Shown here: positions 34,890 through 44,069 of the stretch, one piece after another
Position numbering within the stretch: the stretch's first letter is position 1
How the letters are laid out: each line of letters starts with the position of its first letter
NCBI GenBank assembly: GCA_035541435.1
Contig: DATKNL010000010.1
Location: 30,250 to 94,249, forward strand
Reading direction: 5' to 3'
From: Minisyncoccota bacterium
GTDB taxonomy: Bacteria; Patescibacteriota; Minisyncoccia; UBA6257; 2-01-FULL-56-20
DNA length: 64,000 nucleotides
The notes under the pieces: generated by a model
What the model saw: only the letters and a program-made list of their open reading frames with translations
Told to the model about the DNA's origin: nothing
Databases searched by the model: none
Position numbers and translations under genes: made by a program

Positions 34890-35406
34890 GGGCGAGATAG
34901 GACCATCCGGCAAGCACGGCGGTCGCGAGAGCGACGGCAAGGCCGAACGCCTGAAGAAACCCGAACGAAGGATTGAGTGCGACGCCGAACGGATAATGCC
35001 CCACGGCAACGACGTCATCGATCGTCTGGTTGGGTGCTCCCGGCGTCGGATCGACGAACGCAAAATGCTGCGTGTCGGCTGTTCCGTAATCGGTACGGGA
35101 AAAGCTCTTTCCTTCGGGCGCAGGCCCGACAAAGGCTCCGTGATCGACGAGCGCCCCTCCGGGACCATATAACCATAATCCACCGTCCGAATTTTTCAAT
35201 GACAGCTTCGTGCTGGTTTTTGAAAACAGCGCATAACCGGACGGGCCCACAAAAACCGCTTCAATCACGTGAGGCTTTGCCCTGCCCCCGGTCCAAAGCG
35301 ACCATCCGGCCAGGCTCACCGACGAGCTGCCCGAATTGAAAAGTTCGACAAATTCGCCGTCATCCCTACCCTGGGGATTCGGATACCATTCATTTATATA
35401 GACCAC
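34834..35406 (-). CDS. Lamin-tail-domain (LTD) protein with C-terminal TM
   Basis: INEWYPNPQGRDDGEFVELFNSGSSSVSLAGWSL is the LTD signature. C-terminal TM LQAFGLAVALATAVLAGWSYL. Its 3' end overlaps the predicted tsaE start by about 56 nt. Confidence 0.6.
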   Translation of the reverse strand: MVYINEWYPNPQGRDDGEFVELFNSGSSSVSLAGWSLWTGGRAKPHVIEAVFVGPSGYALFSKTSTKLSLKNSDGGLWLYGPGGALVDHGAFVGPAPEGKSFSRTDYGTADTQHFAFVDPTPGAPNQTIDDVVAVGHYPFGVALNPSFGFLQAFGLAVALATAVLAGWSYLAHADKKIHQLIIEGDEGFR

Positions 35407-35449
35407 GAGCCCATCCTATCCCGGGCGTGATTAAACCCTCATTAAATAT

Positions 35450-36481
35450 CTAAAGAAGCTCGCCCTCGCCCCTGATTTTCAGGTGCTTATAGGCTGCCGG
35501 CAATACGATGCGGCCCGCGGACGAACGCTGCAGGAACCCGAGCGTCATGAGGAAGGGCTCATAGATGTCCTCGATGACCCCCTTGTCCTCGGAAAGCGCC
35601 GCCGAAAGCGTGTTGATGCCGACCGGTCCTCCGTGAAACTTCTCGATGATCGTCATGAGCAGGCGCCGGTCCTGGGGTTCGAGCCCCGCCTCGTCGATCT
35701 CGAGCATCTCGAGCGTCCGCAGGGCGGCCTCTTCGTCGATGCGCCTCGTGCCGTGCACCTCGGCGAAATCGCGCGCGCGCCGAAGCAGTCGGTTCGCCAC
35801 GCGCGGCGTGCCGCGGGAAGCGCGTGCGAGAATGCGGATCGCCTCGGGCGAGAAATCGATCCCGAGAATCTTCGCCGACCGCTCGAGGATCCGCTTGATG
35901 TCGTCGATGTCGTAATAGTTGAGGCGCAGCGTCGCGCCGAACCGCGACCGAAGCGGCTGCGAAAGCAGGTTCTCGCGCGTCGTCGCCGCGATGAGGGTGA
36001 AGGGCGGCAGGTCGAGGGAAAGCGTGCGCGCCGAGGGACCCTTGCCGACGACGAGGTGGAGCTTGCGCGCCTCCATGGCCGGATAGAGCACCTCTTCGAT
36101 CATCGGGTTCACGCGATGCGCCTCGTCGATGAATAAGATCTCCCCCGGCGAAAGGTTGGTCAGGATCGCGGCGAGGTCGCCGGTCTTTTCAAGCGCAGGA
36201 CCCGACGTCGTCTTGATGAGGCCGCCGAGTTCGCTCGCGACAAGATAGGCGAGCGTCGTTTTGCCAAGCCCTGCGGGACCGGAGAAAAGAAGATGGTCGG
36301 CAACCTCGCCGCGGTTCTTGGCGGCTTCGAGGATGACCTTGAGGTTGTTCTTGATCTTTTCCTGGCCGACATAGTCATCCCATTCGGTCGGCCGCAGGGT
36401 GAGGTCGATATTCTGGTCGTCGCTACCTGGTTGGTCCTTCGGTTTGCTCATAAAACAAGGCTTCTGGAGGGCACTTGACAA
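35450..36481 (-). CDS. ruvB: Holliday junction DNA helicase RuvB
   Basis: LRPTEWDDYVGQEKIK...LLFSGPAGLGKTTLAYLVASE (Walker A)...LFIDEAHRV. Track start is TTG; an ATG 30 nt downstream (MSKPKDQ) is possible. Confidence 0.9.
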   Translation of the reverse strand: MSSALQKPCFMSKPKDQPGSDDQNIDLTLRPTEWDDYVGQEKIKNNLKVILEAAKNRGEVADHLLFSGPAGLGKTTLAYLVASELGGLIKTTSGPALEKTGDLAAILTNLSPGEILFIDEAHRVNPMIEEVLYPAMEARKLHLVVGKGPSARTLSLDLPPFTLIAATTRENLLSQPLRSRFGATLRLNYYDIDDIKRILERSAKILGIDFSPEAIRILARASRGTPRVANRLLRRARDFAEVHGTRRIDEEAALRTLEMLEIDEAGLEPQDRRLLMTIIEKFHGGPVGINTLSAALSEDKGVIEDIYEPFLMTLGFLQRSSAGRIVLPAAYKHLKIRGEGELL

Positions 36482-36502
36482 TAAATTGTATGTATGCTAT
36501 CA
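36474..36502 (+). promoter_or_regulatory. Consensus sigma70 promoter (TTGACA, 17-nt spacer, TATCAT) reading rightward into a ~190-bp gene-free AT-rich region
   Basis: Perfect -35, 5 of 6 at -10. No plus-strand CDS downstream before 38506. May drive a small RNA or be fortuitous. Coordinates ±1. Confidence 0.35.
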
Positions 36503-36697
36503 TCTGTACCTGAAGTAGCTGATTTAAATCTGGGGGCGGGAATTATTTCTAAAAATTTTCAGGACGAACCGGTTTCGGCTGGTTCTATCCTTTGAGTAAT
36601 TCTAACCTCTTTTATCTTTCGATAGAAGAGATCTATATCCTTTCGCGAGGAATTGCCCCCAGGTTTAAGCCAACTACTTTTTTTGTTGTTAAAACGG

Positions 36698-38383
36698 CTA
36701 CCACGCGATCTCGCCGGTCACATCCTCGACTTCGCTCCAGGTCGTGATTCCTTGAAGGACCTTGAGGATGCCGTCCTGCTGCATCGTCACCATCTCCTGC
36801 CTGTCCGCAAGCTCGCGCAACGCCACCTCCGACGCCTCTTTGAGAATCGTCTTCTCAAGTTCGGGGCCGCCTTCAAGAAATTCGAAAATGCCGATCCGTC
36901 CCTTATAGCCTAGGCCGCCACACTCGCCGCATCCGACGGCCTCATACATTTCATACGCCTGAAACGGGGATTTGTCCACCCTCTTCGGAAGGCGCGCGAG
37001 GAAATTCTTAATTTTCGCCTCAAGCGCCGCATCGGGCGTCTTCTTTTTCTTACACGTTTTGCAGAGCACCCGCACGAGCCGCTGCGCGATGACGAGCGAA
37101 AGCGCCGGCCCGATGCTTACCGGCTTCACGCCGAGATTGATGAGGCGCGGAACCGCGCCCACGGCGTCGTTCGTGTGCAGTGTCGAGAGCACGAGGTGTC
37201 CGGTGAGCGCCGCCTGCAAGGCGATGTCGGCCGTATCAAGATCGCGGACCTCGCCCACGAGGATCACGTCCGGATCCTGGCGCACGATCGCGCGGAGCCC
37301 GTTCGCGAACGTATAGCCCGATTCCCCGTCGACCTGCGTCTGCTCGATGCCTTCGATGCGGTATTCGATCGGATCCTCGAGCGTGATGATCTTGATTTCG
37401 GGCTTGTTGATGGTCCTCAGGAACGCATAGAGCGTCGTCGTCTTGCCCGAACCCGTGGGCCCCGTGTTCAGGATCAGCCCGTTCGGGCGGGCGAGCTGCC
37501 GCTTCACGATATCGAGGCTGTCGGGGCGGAGCCCAAGATCGGCGATGGCAACCGTGGTCGCCGACGGGTCGAGGATGCGCATGACGATCGTCTCGCCGAA
37601 TTCGGCCGGGATCACCGAAACGCGCATCTCAACCTCCTTGCCCCCGAGCTCGATGGTGAACCGCCCGTCCTGCGCCGCGTCGCGGACGTTCAGCTTGAGT
37701 CCCGAAAGCAGCTTGATGCGCGACACGAATGCGCGGTACGTCTCAAGCGGCAAGCCGTCGAAGATGTCGTGCAGCAGGCCGTCGATGCGAAATCGGATCT
37801 TCGCCTTCTTTTCCTCGGCTTCGGTATGGACATCTGATGCGCGCATGCCCAAAGCCCCGGCAAGGATGATCTCGATCAGCGCGACTGGTGAGATGCGCGC
37901 CGGATCGTGGCTTGCGATCTCCTTGCCGATCGCATCGGTCGACGACAGGCGCTTGCGCAGGTCCTCGAGCCGGTCCTTCGAAATCTTCACCGTGCCGGTG
38001 ATCGCCTCGGCTTCCGGCCGCACGAACTGATAGAACCGCAACGCGGCCTCGAGGCTCGACGGGGAGATGACGACCTGCTTCACCGAATATTTCTTCCCTT
38101 CGAGGTCGCTCACAACCTTCTTCGCGGTTTCGAGGGACGGATTCACGACGCCGAGCGCGATCTTCGTTCCCTTTATTTCGATCGCAACCGCTTTCGCGTT
38201 GCGCGCGTCTTCTTCGGGGACGGCCCGGACGGCGTCAAGGGAAACGGGAACGGTGGCGAGGTTCGCATATGAAAGCCCGAGCTGGGCCGCAAGCCGTTCC
38301 GCGGCGCGCTCCTCGCCGTCACGGCGGAGTTTCACGATCCGCTCCTGAAGCTCATTCGGCTGTAAATCGTGCATTGCTATCAT
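36698..38383 (-). CDS. pilB: Type IV pilus/type II secretion assembly ATPase (PilB/GspE family)
   Basis: N-terminal GspE_N-like region. LILNTGPTGSGKTTTLYAFL Walker A. VRQDPDVILVGEVRD. C-terminal tetracysteine CKTCKKKK...CGECGGLGYKGRIG. Confidence 0.85.
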   Translation of the reverse strand: MIAMHDLQPNELQERIVKLRRDGEERAAERLAAQLGLSYANLATVPVSLDAVRAVPEEDARNAKAVAIEIKGTKIALGVVNPSLETAKKVVSDLEGKKYSVKQVVISPSSLEAALRFYQFVRPEAEAITGTVKISKDRLEDLRKRLSSTDAIGKEIASHDPARISPVALIEIILAGALGMRASDVHTEAEEKKAKIRFRIDGLLHDIFDGLPLETYRAFVSRIKLLSGLKLNVRDAAQDGRFTIELGGKEVEMRVSVIPAEFGETIVMRILDPSATTVAIADLGLRPDSLDIVKRQLARPNGLILNTGPTGSGKTTTLYAFLRTINKPEIKIITLEDPIEYRIEGIEQTQVDGESGYTFANGLRAIVRQDPDVILVGEVRDLDTADIALQAALTGHLVLSTLHTNDAVGAVPRLINLGVKPVSIGPALSLVIAQRLVRVLCKTCKKKKTPDAALEAKIKNFLARLPKRVDKSPFQAYEMYEAVGCGECGGLGYKGRIGIFEFLEGGPELEKTILKEASEVALRELADRQEMVTMQQDGILKVLQGITTWSEVEDVTGEIAW

Positions 38384-38417
38384 TGTAGCCCCGAAAAAGC
38401 GGCATTTCCATGGGATA

Positions 38418-38447
38418 TTGACAATGAGGTTAATTTTGTGCTAAAAT
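38418..38447 (+). promoter_or_regulatory. Sigma70-like promoter (TTGACA, 18-nt spacer, TGcTAAAAT extended -10) for the 38506 gene
   Basis: Followed by a GC palindrome GCGCCGCCGGCGC and a strong SD AAGGGAG 6 nt before ATG 38506. Confidence 0.5.
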
Positions 38448-38505
38448 ATAACCGTTCTTTACCACTATTATTGGCACCTGCGCCGCCGGCGCGAAGGGAG
38501 AAACC

Positions 38506-39213
38506 ATGAAACCGTTCACGTATTACGCCGTCCGCTTTTTCTTTTTCCTTGTCACGCCGGGAATCTTCACGTCGATTCCGGCAATGACGCAGAACATCGT
38601 CACCTATCCGGCCCCGTCGAAGGAGAAGCACGCCGCCATGCCGGATTTCAAAAATGCGGCATTCGGAATCAACTTCACGGGAGCGGCCGCCGAAAAGATG
38701 CAGCAGATCCTTCAGGGAAAGAAGGTCGGCGCGAGAAAATTCAACGTCGACAGCAATCGGTGCCCGTCAAACCCGTCATCCCCCCTCGTCTGCGTTTCCT
38801 ATTCCATAAGACAGGGAGGCGCGATTTTCGGATATGGCACCGCGTTCAGTTCAGGCAGGCGCGGCGGCATAGGCTCGACGAGCTCGATGAGCGGCAACCT
38901 TGTCGTGGTCGAACTCAAGGTCGAACTGCTGCAGCCGAACCGCGATCCCGTGCTCCTCGGCAGCTGCGACGCAGAGAACGCTGCCGGATATGGCGGCGAT
39001 TCGACCTATAGCTACGACCGCCACGGGTCAGGATCGTTCAGTTCGTACGGTCAGACACCCCTGGGCCTCGCGGCCGGCGTCGCTCTCGGGAAATGCATGA
39101 GCCGTCAGTTCGGAGACAACTTCGGAAAAGCGGTCTTCGACTCCGCAGCCCATCCCCGATGGTATCCCGGCGCTTACGAGGCCGTGAAGGCTGCGTTTCC
39201 CGAATCGAAATGA
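38506..39213 (+). CDS. Secreted Gly/Ser-rich hypothetical protein
   Basis: 235 aa. N-terminal hydrophobic signal FFFFLVTPGIFTSIPA. Strong SD and promoter upstream, terminator downstream. Confidence 0.6.
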   Translation: MKPFTYYAVRFFFFLVTPGIFTSIPAMTQNIVTYPAPSKEKHAAMPDFKNAAFGINFTGAAAEKMQQILQGKKVGARKFNVDSNRCPSNPSSPLVCVSYSIRQGGAIFGYGTAFSSGRRGGIGSTSSMSGNLVVVELKVELLQPNRDPVLLGSCDAENAAGYGGDSTYSYDRHGSGSFSSYGQTPLGLAAGVALGKCMSRQFGDNFGKAVFDSAAHPRWYPGAYEAVKAAFPESK

Positions 39214-39232
39214 AGGCATTCGAAAGAATCCA

Positions 39233-39262
39233 CCCGTCGCACCTGCGGCGGGCTTTTTTTTC
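39233..39262 (+). terminator. Rho-independent terminator after the 38506-39213 gene
   Basis: CCCGTCGC-acc-TGCGGCGGG stem followed by CTTTTTTTTTCTC. Confidence 0.55.
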
Positions 39263-39299
39263 TCGGTTTCCGGATTATAATTCAAGCGAAACCACCACC

Positions 39300-39836
39300 A
39301 TGTCAGGACACTCGCATTGGGCCGGCATCAAGCACAAAAAGGAGGTCACCGACAAGAAGCGCGGGAAGGTCTTTTCGAAGCTGCTCGCAGCCATTTCGGC
39401 GGCGGCGAAAACCGAGCAGAATCCCGACTTCAACCCGCGCCTCCGTACGGCGGTCACGAAGGCGAGGGCCGCAAGCGTTCCGGCGGACACCATCGAGCGG
39501 GCCATCAAGAAAGCGTCCGAAGCCAAGGCGATGGACGAGCTGCTCTTCGAAGCCTATGGTCCCGGCGGCTCGGCCATCATGATCGAGGCCCTTTCCGACA
39601 ACCGCAACCGGACCATTCAGGAGATCAAGCTGATCCTCAAGGAACACAACGGGAAGTGGGCCGAATCAGGCAGCGTCCAATGGGCCTTTGAAAAGACAGC
39701 CGAGGGGTGGAACGCGAAATTCCCCCAAGACCTTCCGGAAGCGGAACGGAATCAGCTCATCAACCTGCTTGAGGCTATTGATGACAATGACGACGTGCAG
39801 GAGGTCTACACGAATGCGAATTTAACCGAAATTTAA
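39300..39836 (+). CDS. yebC: YebC/PmpR family transcriptional regulator (short, 178 aa)
   Basis: MSGHSHWAGIKHKKEVTDKKRGKVFSKL...EAYGPGGSAIMIEALSDNRNRT...DDVQEVYTNANL are the hallmark YebC motifs. The track ORF's N-terminal extension overlaps the previous gene, so ATG 39300 was chosen. Confidence 0.8.
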   Translation: MSGHSHWAGIKHKKEVTDKKRGKVFSKLLAAISAAAKTEQNPDFNPRLRTAVTKARAASVPADTIERAIKKASEAKAMDELLFEAYGPGGSAIMIEALSDNRNRTIQEIKLILKEHNGKWAESGSVQWAFEKTAEGWNAKFPQDLPEAERNQLINLLEAIDDNDDVQEVYTNANLTEI

Positions 39837-39858
39837 TCATCGTTCGCCTATCCTTATC

Positions 39859-40338
39859 ATGATCGCTCTCGGCATCGATCCAGGCACGCGACGAGTCGGC
39901 TTCGGGGTCGTCAGGCAGGAAGGCAACGAAGCCCGCCTCATCAAAGCCGACATCGTGCCCGTTTCAAGCTCGAACGACGTCGACGCGCTTTTCGAGATCA
40001 AGGCGTGCATCGACGGACTGATCCGGCGTCACAAACCCGACGTCATAGCGGTCGAAAAGCTTTTCTTCTCGAAAAACCGGACGACGGCGATCGCCGTAGC
40101 GCAGGCCCGCGGGGTCATCCTGCTTGCCGCACGCGAGGGCGGCGTACGCATCAGGGAATACGGACCGAACGAAGTGAAGATCGGCGTCACGGGTTATGGC
40201 GCAGCCGACAAGAAGGCGGTGCTTAAAATGGTGCGCCTCATCCTCAAAAAACCGGCCCTTTCAGTGATCGATGATGCGAGTGACGCACTCGCGCTCGCGA
40301 TCATCGCATGCGGCGACCGCACTTATCCACATCCGTAA
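39859..40338 (+). CDS. ruvC: Crossover junction endodeoxyribonuclease RuvC
   Basis: MIALGIDPGTRRVGFGVV...VIAVEKLFF...DDASDALALAI catalytic acidic residues. Confidence 0.9.
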   Translation: MIALGIDPGTRRVGFGVVRQEGNEARLIKADIVPVSSSNDVDALFEIKACIDGLIRRHKPDVIAVEKLFFSKNRTTAIAVAQARGVILLAAREGGVRIREYGPNEVKIGVTGYGAADKKAVLKMVRLILKKPALSVIDDASDALALAIIACGDRTYPHP

Positions 40339-40366
40339 TTGACACGCATCGAGACTTCCCTATACT
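40339..40366 (+). promoter_or_regulatory. Sigma70-like promoter (TTGACA, 16-nt spacer, TATACT)
   Basis: Immediately after the ruvC stop. Precedes the small acidic ORF at 40408. TTATCCACA (40323-40331) lies just upstream. Confidence 0.4.
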
Positions 40367-40407
40367 GATTTTAAAAATTAACGAAAAGGTCGCGATCAAC
40401 AATCATC

Positions 40408-40569
40408 ATGACGACGGAATTATTCAGGCTCGCGCTCGAGTTTCGCGGATTAAGCGACGAAGACAGCGATGACACCGGAGTGGACGACATCGAGGAACTC
40501 GACGGCGAAGAGGAGGGTGCCGAGGAGCTTGGCGTTGAAGAAGAAGCCGACCCTCTTATCGAAGGTTAG
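40408..40569 (+). CDS. Small highly acidic protein (53 aa), hypothetical
   Basis: MTTELFRLALEFRGLSDEDSDDTGVDDIEELDGEEEGAEELGVEEEADPLIEG. Below the ORF-track size cutoff. Own promoter upstream and a candidate hairpin plus T-run downstream (about 40586-40615). Confidence 0.3.
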   Translation: MTTELFRLALEFRGLSDEDSDDTGVDDIEELDGEEEGAEELGVEEEADPLIEG

Positions 40570-40647
40570 GATTCCCTGCGTTTGAAATAAAAAACGGCGC
40601 TTGTCGCTGTTTTTTATTGTAAAACGCGGTAAAATGAGGCTTGGGTC

Positions 40648-42816
40648 ATGCCTTCGCACTATCCCATAAAAGCCCGACGTTCGTGGTCTCGTATCGCGGC
40701 AGTCATAGGCATCGTCATCGCGGGAGCCATCGGCATCCTTCTCGTTGCCATCCTTTATTTTGCGAGTACGGTTCCGACCATCCAGGAAATCTCGAGCCAG
40801 CAGATCAGCCAGTCCACCAAAATCTATGACCGCACCGGGGCGGTCCTTTTATATCAGATCAGCAACGGCCCGACACGAACGGTCGTTTCATATGATCAGA
40901 TTCCGCAATCCCTCAAGGATGCGACCGTCGAACTGGAAGATGAGAATTTTTATAACGAACCCGGTTTCGACTGGAAGGGGATCGTTCGAGCCGTCTATGA
41001 AGACATCGTCCACCACTCTTTCGTTCAGGGCGGCTCAACCATCACGCAGCAGCTCGCGCGGACCGCATTCCTCACCCTCGATCAGACCCTTAGCCGAAAG
41101 CTCAAAGAGTTCGTCCTGGCGGTAAAGCTGAACAACTATTATTCAAAGGATCAGATTCTCGCCCTCTACCTGAACGAGGTCCCTTATGGTCCGAATATCG
41201 CAGGGGTCGAGGCGGCGAGCGAGGCTTATTTCGGGGTTCCGGTGACCCAGATCAACCTTGCCCAGGCGGCGCTCCTCGCATCGCTTCCCCAAGCACCCTC
41301 CTATTATTCGCCGTGGGGCAGTCACACCGACGAGCTGTTCGCCAGGCAGAAATTCACCCTGCAGAAGATGTATGCCGCGGGGAAAATCACCAAGCAGCAG
41401 CTGAATGACGCGTTGGCCTATAAGATCACCTTCCAACCCCAGTCCGCGAGCGGCATCGGCGGCGGCATCAAGGCGCCGCACTTCGTCATGGCCGTCGAGC
41501 AGTACCTCTATCAGAAATATGGCGAGAACATGGTTGACCGCGGCGGTCTCAAGGTCGTGACGACCCTCAATTGGCCGATGCAGCAGGCGGCCGAAACCGC
41601 GGTTGCCCAGGGTGTGGCCCGCGACAAGCAGCTCTACGACTCGAACAACGGCGCGCTTGTGGCGCAGGATCCGGTCACCGGCCAGGTTCTCGCGCTTGTA
41701 GGATCGGCCGACTATTTCGACACGTCGAACGAGGGCAACTTCGACGTCGCGACCCAGGGCCTCCGCCAGCCGGGATCGTCGCTTAAGCCGTTCGTCTATA
41801 TGACCGGCTTCCAGATGGGCTACACGCCCGATACGATCCTCTTCGACGTCCCCACCGAGTTCAGCACCGATCCCTCGTGTCCGACCATTCCGAACTTCAC
41901 AACGGCATCCAATGCGAAATGCTTCCACCCCCAGGATTTCGAGGGGACGTTTGCGGGCCCGATGACGATCCGCAACGCGCTCGCCCAATCAGTCAACGTC
42001 CCGGCCGTACAGATGCTTTATCTTGTGGGCGAGCAGACGGCGCTTCAGAACGTCGCCAACTTCGGAATCACGACCCTCACCCAACCGAACCAATACGGCC
42101 TCTCGCTCGTGCTTGGCGGCGGCGCCGTCCACCTTATCGACCTCACTGAGGCTTATTCGGTTCTTGCCGACGATGGCACGAAACACAACCAGACGATGGT
42201 GCTGCAGGTCCAGGACAACAACGGCAACACCCTCGAATCCTACGGCGACCAGACGTCCGCGGTCGCCGACACCCAATCGGTTCGCCTGGTGAACGACATC
42301 CTTTCCGACCCGAACGCTCGCGCGCCGCTCTTCCAGGCCAGCCAAAACCTCACCGTGTTCCCCGGCTATGACGTAGCGCTCAAGACGGGTACCTCGAACG
42401 ATTATCGCGACGCGTGGGCCATGGGATACACGCCATCGATCGTCGTCGGCGTCTGGGCGGGAAGAAACGACAACGTACCCATGAAGAAAAACGGCTCAAG
42501 CATCCTTGCGGCCGTTCCGATTTGGAGCGCATTCATGCAGCAGGCCCTCCCCATGGTGCCCAACACCACATTCACGCCGCCCGACCCGCCGTCGGAACCG
42601 AAACCGATCCTTGCCGGACAGGCCTTCGTCAACGGGCAGGTTCATTCGATCCTTTATTACGTCAACAAAACCGATCCGCTCGGACCGCCGCCCGCGAACC
42701 CGGCGAGCGATCCCCAGTTTCACAACTGGGAAACCGATCTTCAGGCGTGGGTCTCGAGAAATCCCGGCATACTCCAGCAGCAGGGCCCGGGTTCGAGCAC
42801 CAGCACGCAGGGATAG
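40648..42816 (+). CDS. Class A penicillin-binding protein (PBP1A; GT51 transglycosylase plus transpeptidase)
   Basis: N-terminal TM, GT51 motifs EDENFYNEPGFDW and GGSTITQQLAR. Transpeptidase SxxK (GSSLKP), SxN-like, KTGT (ALKTGTSNDYRDAWAMGY). Confidence 0.85.
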   Translation: MPSHYPIKARRSWSRIAAVIGIVIAGAIGILLVAILYFASTVPTIQEISSQQISQSTKIYDRTGAVLLYQISNGPTRTVVSYDQIPQSLKDATVELEDENFYNEPGFDWKGIVRAVYEDIVHHSFVQGGSTITQQLARTAFLTLDQTLSRKLKEFVLAVKLNNYYSKDQILALYLNEVPYGPNIAGVEAASEAYFGVPVTQINLAQAALLASLPQAPSYYSPWGSHTDELFARQKFTLQKMYAAGKITKQQLNDALAYKITFQPQSASGIGGGIKAPHFVMAVEQYLYQKYGENMVDRGGLKVVTTLNWPMQQAAETAVAQGVARDKQLYDSNNGALVAQDPVTGQVLALVGSADYFDTSNEGNFDVATQGLRQPGSSLKPFVYMTGFQMGYTPDTILFDVPTEFSTDPSCPTIPNFTTASNAKCFHPQDFEGTFAGPMTIRNALAQSVNVPAVQMLYLVGEQTALQNVANFGITTLTQPNQYGLSLVLGGGAVHLIDLTEAYSVLADDGTKHNQTMVLQVQDNNGNTLESYGDQTSAVADTQSVRLVNDILSDPNARAPLFQASQNLTVFPGYDVALKTGTSNDYRDAWAMGYTPSIVVGVWAGRNDNVPMKKNGSSILAAVPIWSAFMQQALPMVPNTTFTPPDPPSEPKPILAGQAFVNGQVHSILYYVNKTDPLGPPPANPASDPQFHNWETDLQAWVSRNPGILQQQGPGSSTSTQG

Positions 42817-42819
42817 CCC

Positions 42820-43932
42820 CTAGGACTTCAGGATGGGTTTTAAAACGTAGAAATACGACGTATCGCTTGTCGATCTGATGAGCGCGGGGTTCGCGTCCTC
42901 CCGAAGGCCAAGAAAGATGCTGTCTGTCTTGATGGCTTTCAGAGGGTCGGCGAGATAGCGCCAGTTGAAGTGCGTTTCAATCATCTCACCTTTTATCTTG
43001 GCGGGGAGGGTGTAGACGTTCTCACCAAGCGCCTGATCTGCGGAACTCATCTCGATGGCTTTCTTATTCTGGTGCACTTTGATCTTAATCTCGCTGTTTT
43101 TTTGGCCAAAGATCCCCGACAGCTTCACGGCGTTTGCCAATTCCTCCTTTTCAACCGCTATTTCCGTGGAAAATTCATGAGGAATAATCGCTGAATAGTC
43201 GGGGAATGATCCGTCGATGAGGCGTGAAACCAATTCGGTTTTTTCGGTTTTAAAAAGAATCTGGTTCTCATCCATGGTGATCCTCACCAATTCCTCGTCC
43301 TTAAGGATCCTCGAGGCTTCCAGGCCTGTTTTAAGCGGAACCAGGACCTTAAAGGGATCCATATTCTTTGCGGTAAAAAGACTGGAGGATAGGGTCTTTT
43401 CAGCCAGCCTAAAACCGTCGGTCGACGCCATCTTCAGGTTTTCAATCGAAAAATCGAAAAAGATGCTGTTCAGTTCGGGTCGTAAGTCGGAAAACTGCGA
43501 AGCTACGGTTACCTGCTGGATCGCCTCCTTGAGGAAAATGCCCTTTATTTCCAAATAGCCGCCCCCGGTTTTTATCTTCGGCGTGATCGGAAAGTCATCA
43601 GCCGGCATGCCGTTTATTGTGGCACTATAATTGTCGGTCGTGATTTCGATGTTGTTTCCCTTTTTCTCGAAGTTGAGGCGGTCGCTCTGAATGCTCCCGA
43701 TGACACCCGATAAAAGGTTGAGTGGCGCCGTTGTCTTGCCGTTCTCGATGACCTTTCCGACGACGGCGTGATTGATCGCGATCTCAAGATTGGTCGCTGA
43801 AAAAGATATTCCCTTGTCGTTCGTCTCGATGAGGATGTTTTTAAGTATGGGAAGGTTCTGATTTTCTCCCGTCGCCCTCTCGATGACCGACAAGGCTTCT
43901 TTGATATTCGATCGGATCGCGATAAATTTCAT
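42820..43932 (-). CDS. dnaN: DNA polymerase III beta sliding clamp
   Basis: 370 aa, MKFIAIRSNIKEALSVIERATGENQNLPILKNILIE. Three-domain length. Directly downstream of dnaA. Confidence 0.9.
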   Translation of the reverse strand: MKFIAIRSNIKEALSVIERATGENQNLPILKNILIETNDKGISFSATNLEIAINHAVVGKVIENGKTTAPLNLLSGVIGSIQSDRLNFEKKGNNIEITTDNYSATINGMPADDFPITPKIKTGGGYLEIKGIFLKEAIQQVTVASQFSDLRPELNSIFFDFSIENLKMASTDGFRLAEKTLSSSLFTAKNMDPFKVLVPLKTGLEASRILKDEELVRITMDENQILFKTEKTELVSRLIDGSFPDYSAIIPHEFSTEIAVEKEELANAVKLSGIFGQKNSEIKIKVHQNKKAIEMSSADQALGENVYTLPAKIKGEMIETHFNWRYLADPLKAIKTDSIFLGLREDANPALIRSTSDTSYFYVLKPILKS

Positions 43933-44069
43933 TTCAGTAATCTTAATATATCAAAGATATAAAGAAATTTATTTTTATTATGACTATTAGGGACTGCGTT
44001 GTGGGGATAATTTCGAAACGACTGATTTTTAAAGATTAAGATCTGATTTTTTTCTCACGCATCCTGTTA
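43933..44069. other. AT-rich dnaA-dnaN intergenic region: candidate DNA unwinding element / oriC
   Basis: 137 bp at about 75% AT inside GC-rich DNA. Near-consensus DnaA boxes TGGGGATAA (revcomp TTATCCCCA, 44002-44010) and TTATCAACT. More boxes lie upstream of dnaA at 45504-45522. Confidence 0.45.

Noticed and set aside
36503-36697. Matches to known structured RNAs (tmRNA, SRP RNA, 6S, RNase P RNA) in the ruvB-pilB spacer
   Set aside because: No tag-peptide reading frame with a T-arm, no SRP domain-IV motif and no P4 helix signature were found. Retained only as an uncharacterised candidate sRNA.
38470-38495. GC palindrome GCGCCGCCGGCGC in the 5' UTR of the 38506 gene, considered as a riboswitch or attenuator
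   Set aside because: Too short, with no flanking conserved structure. More likely a simple UTR hairpin.
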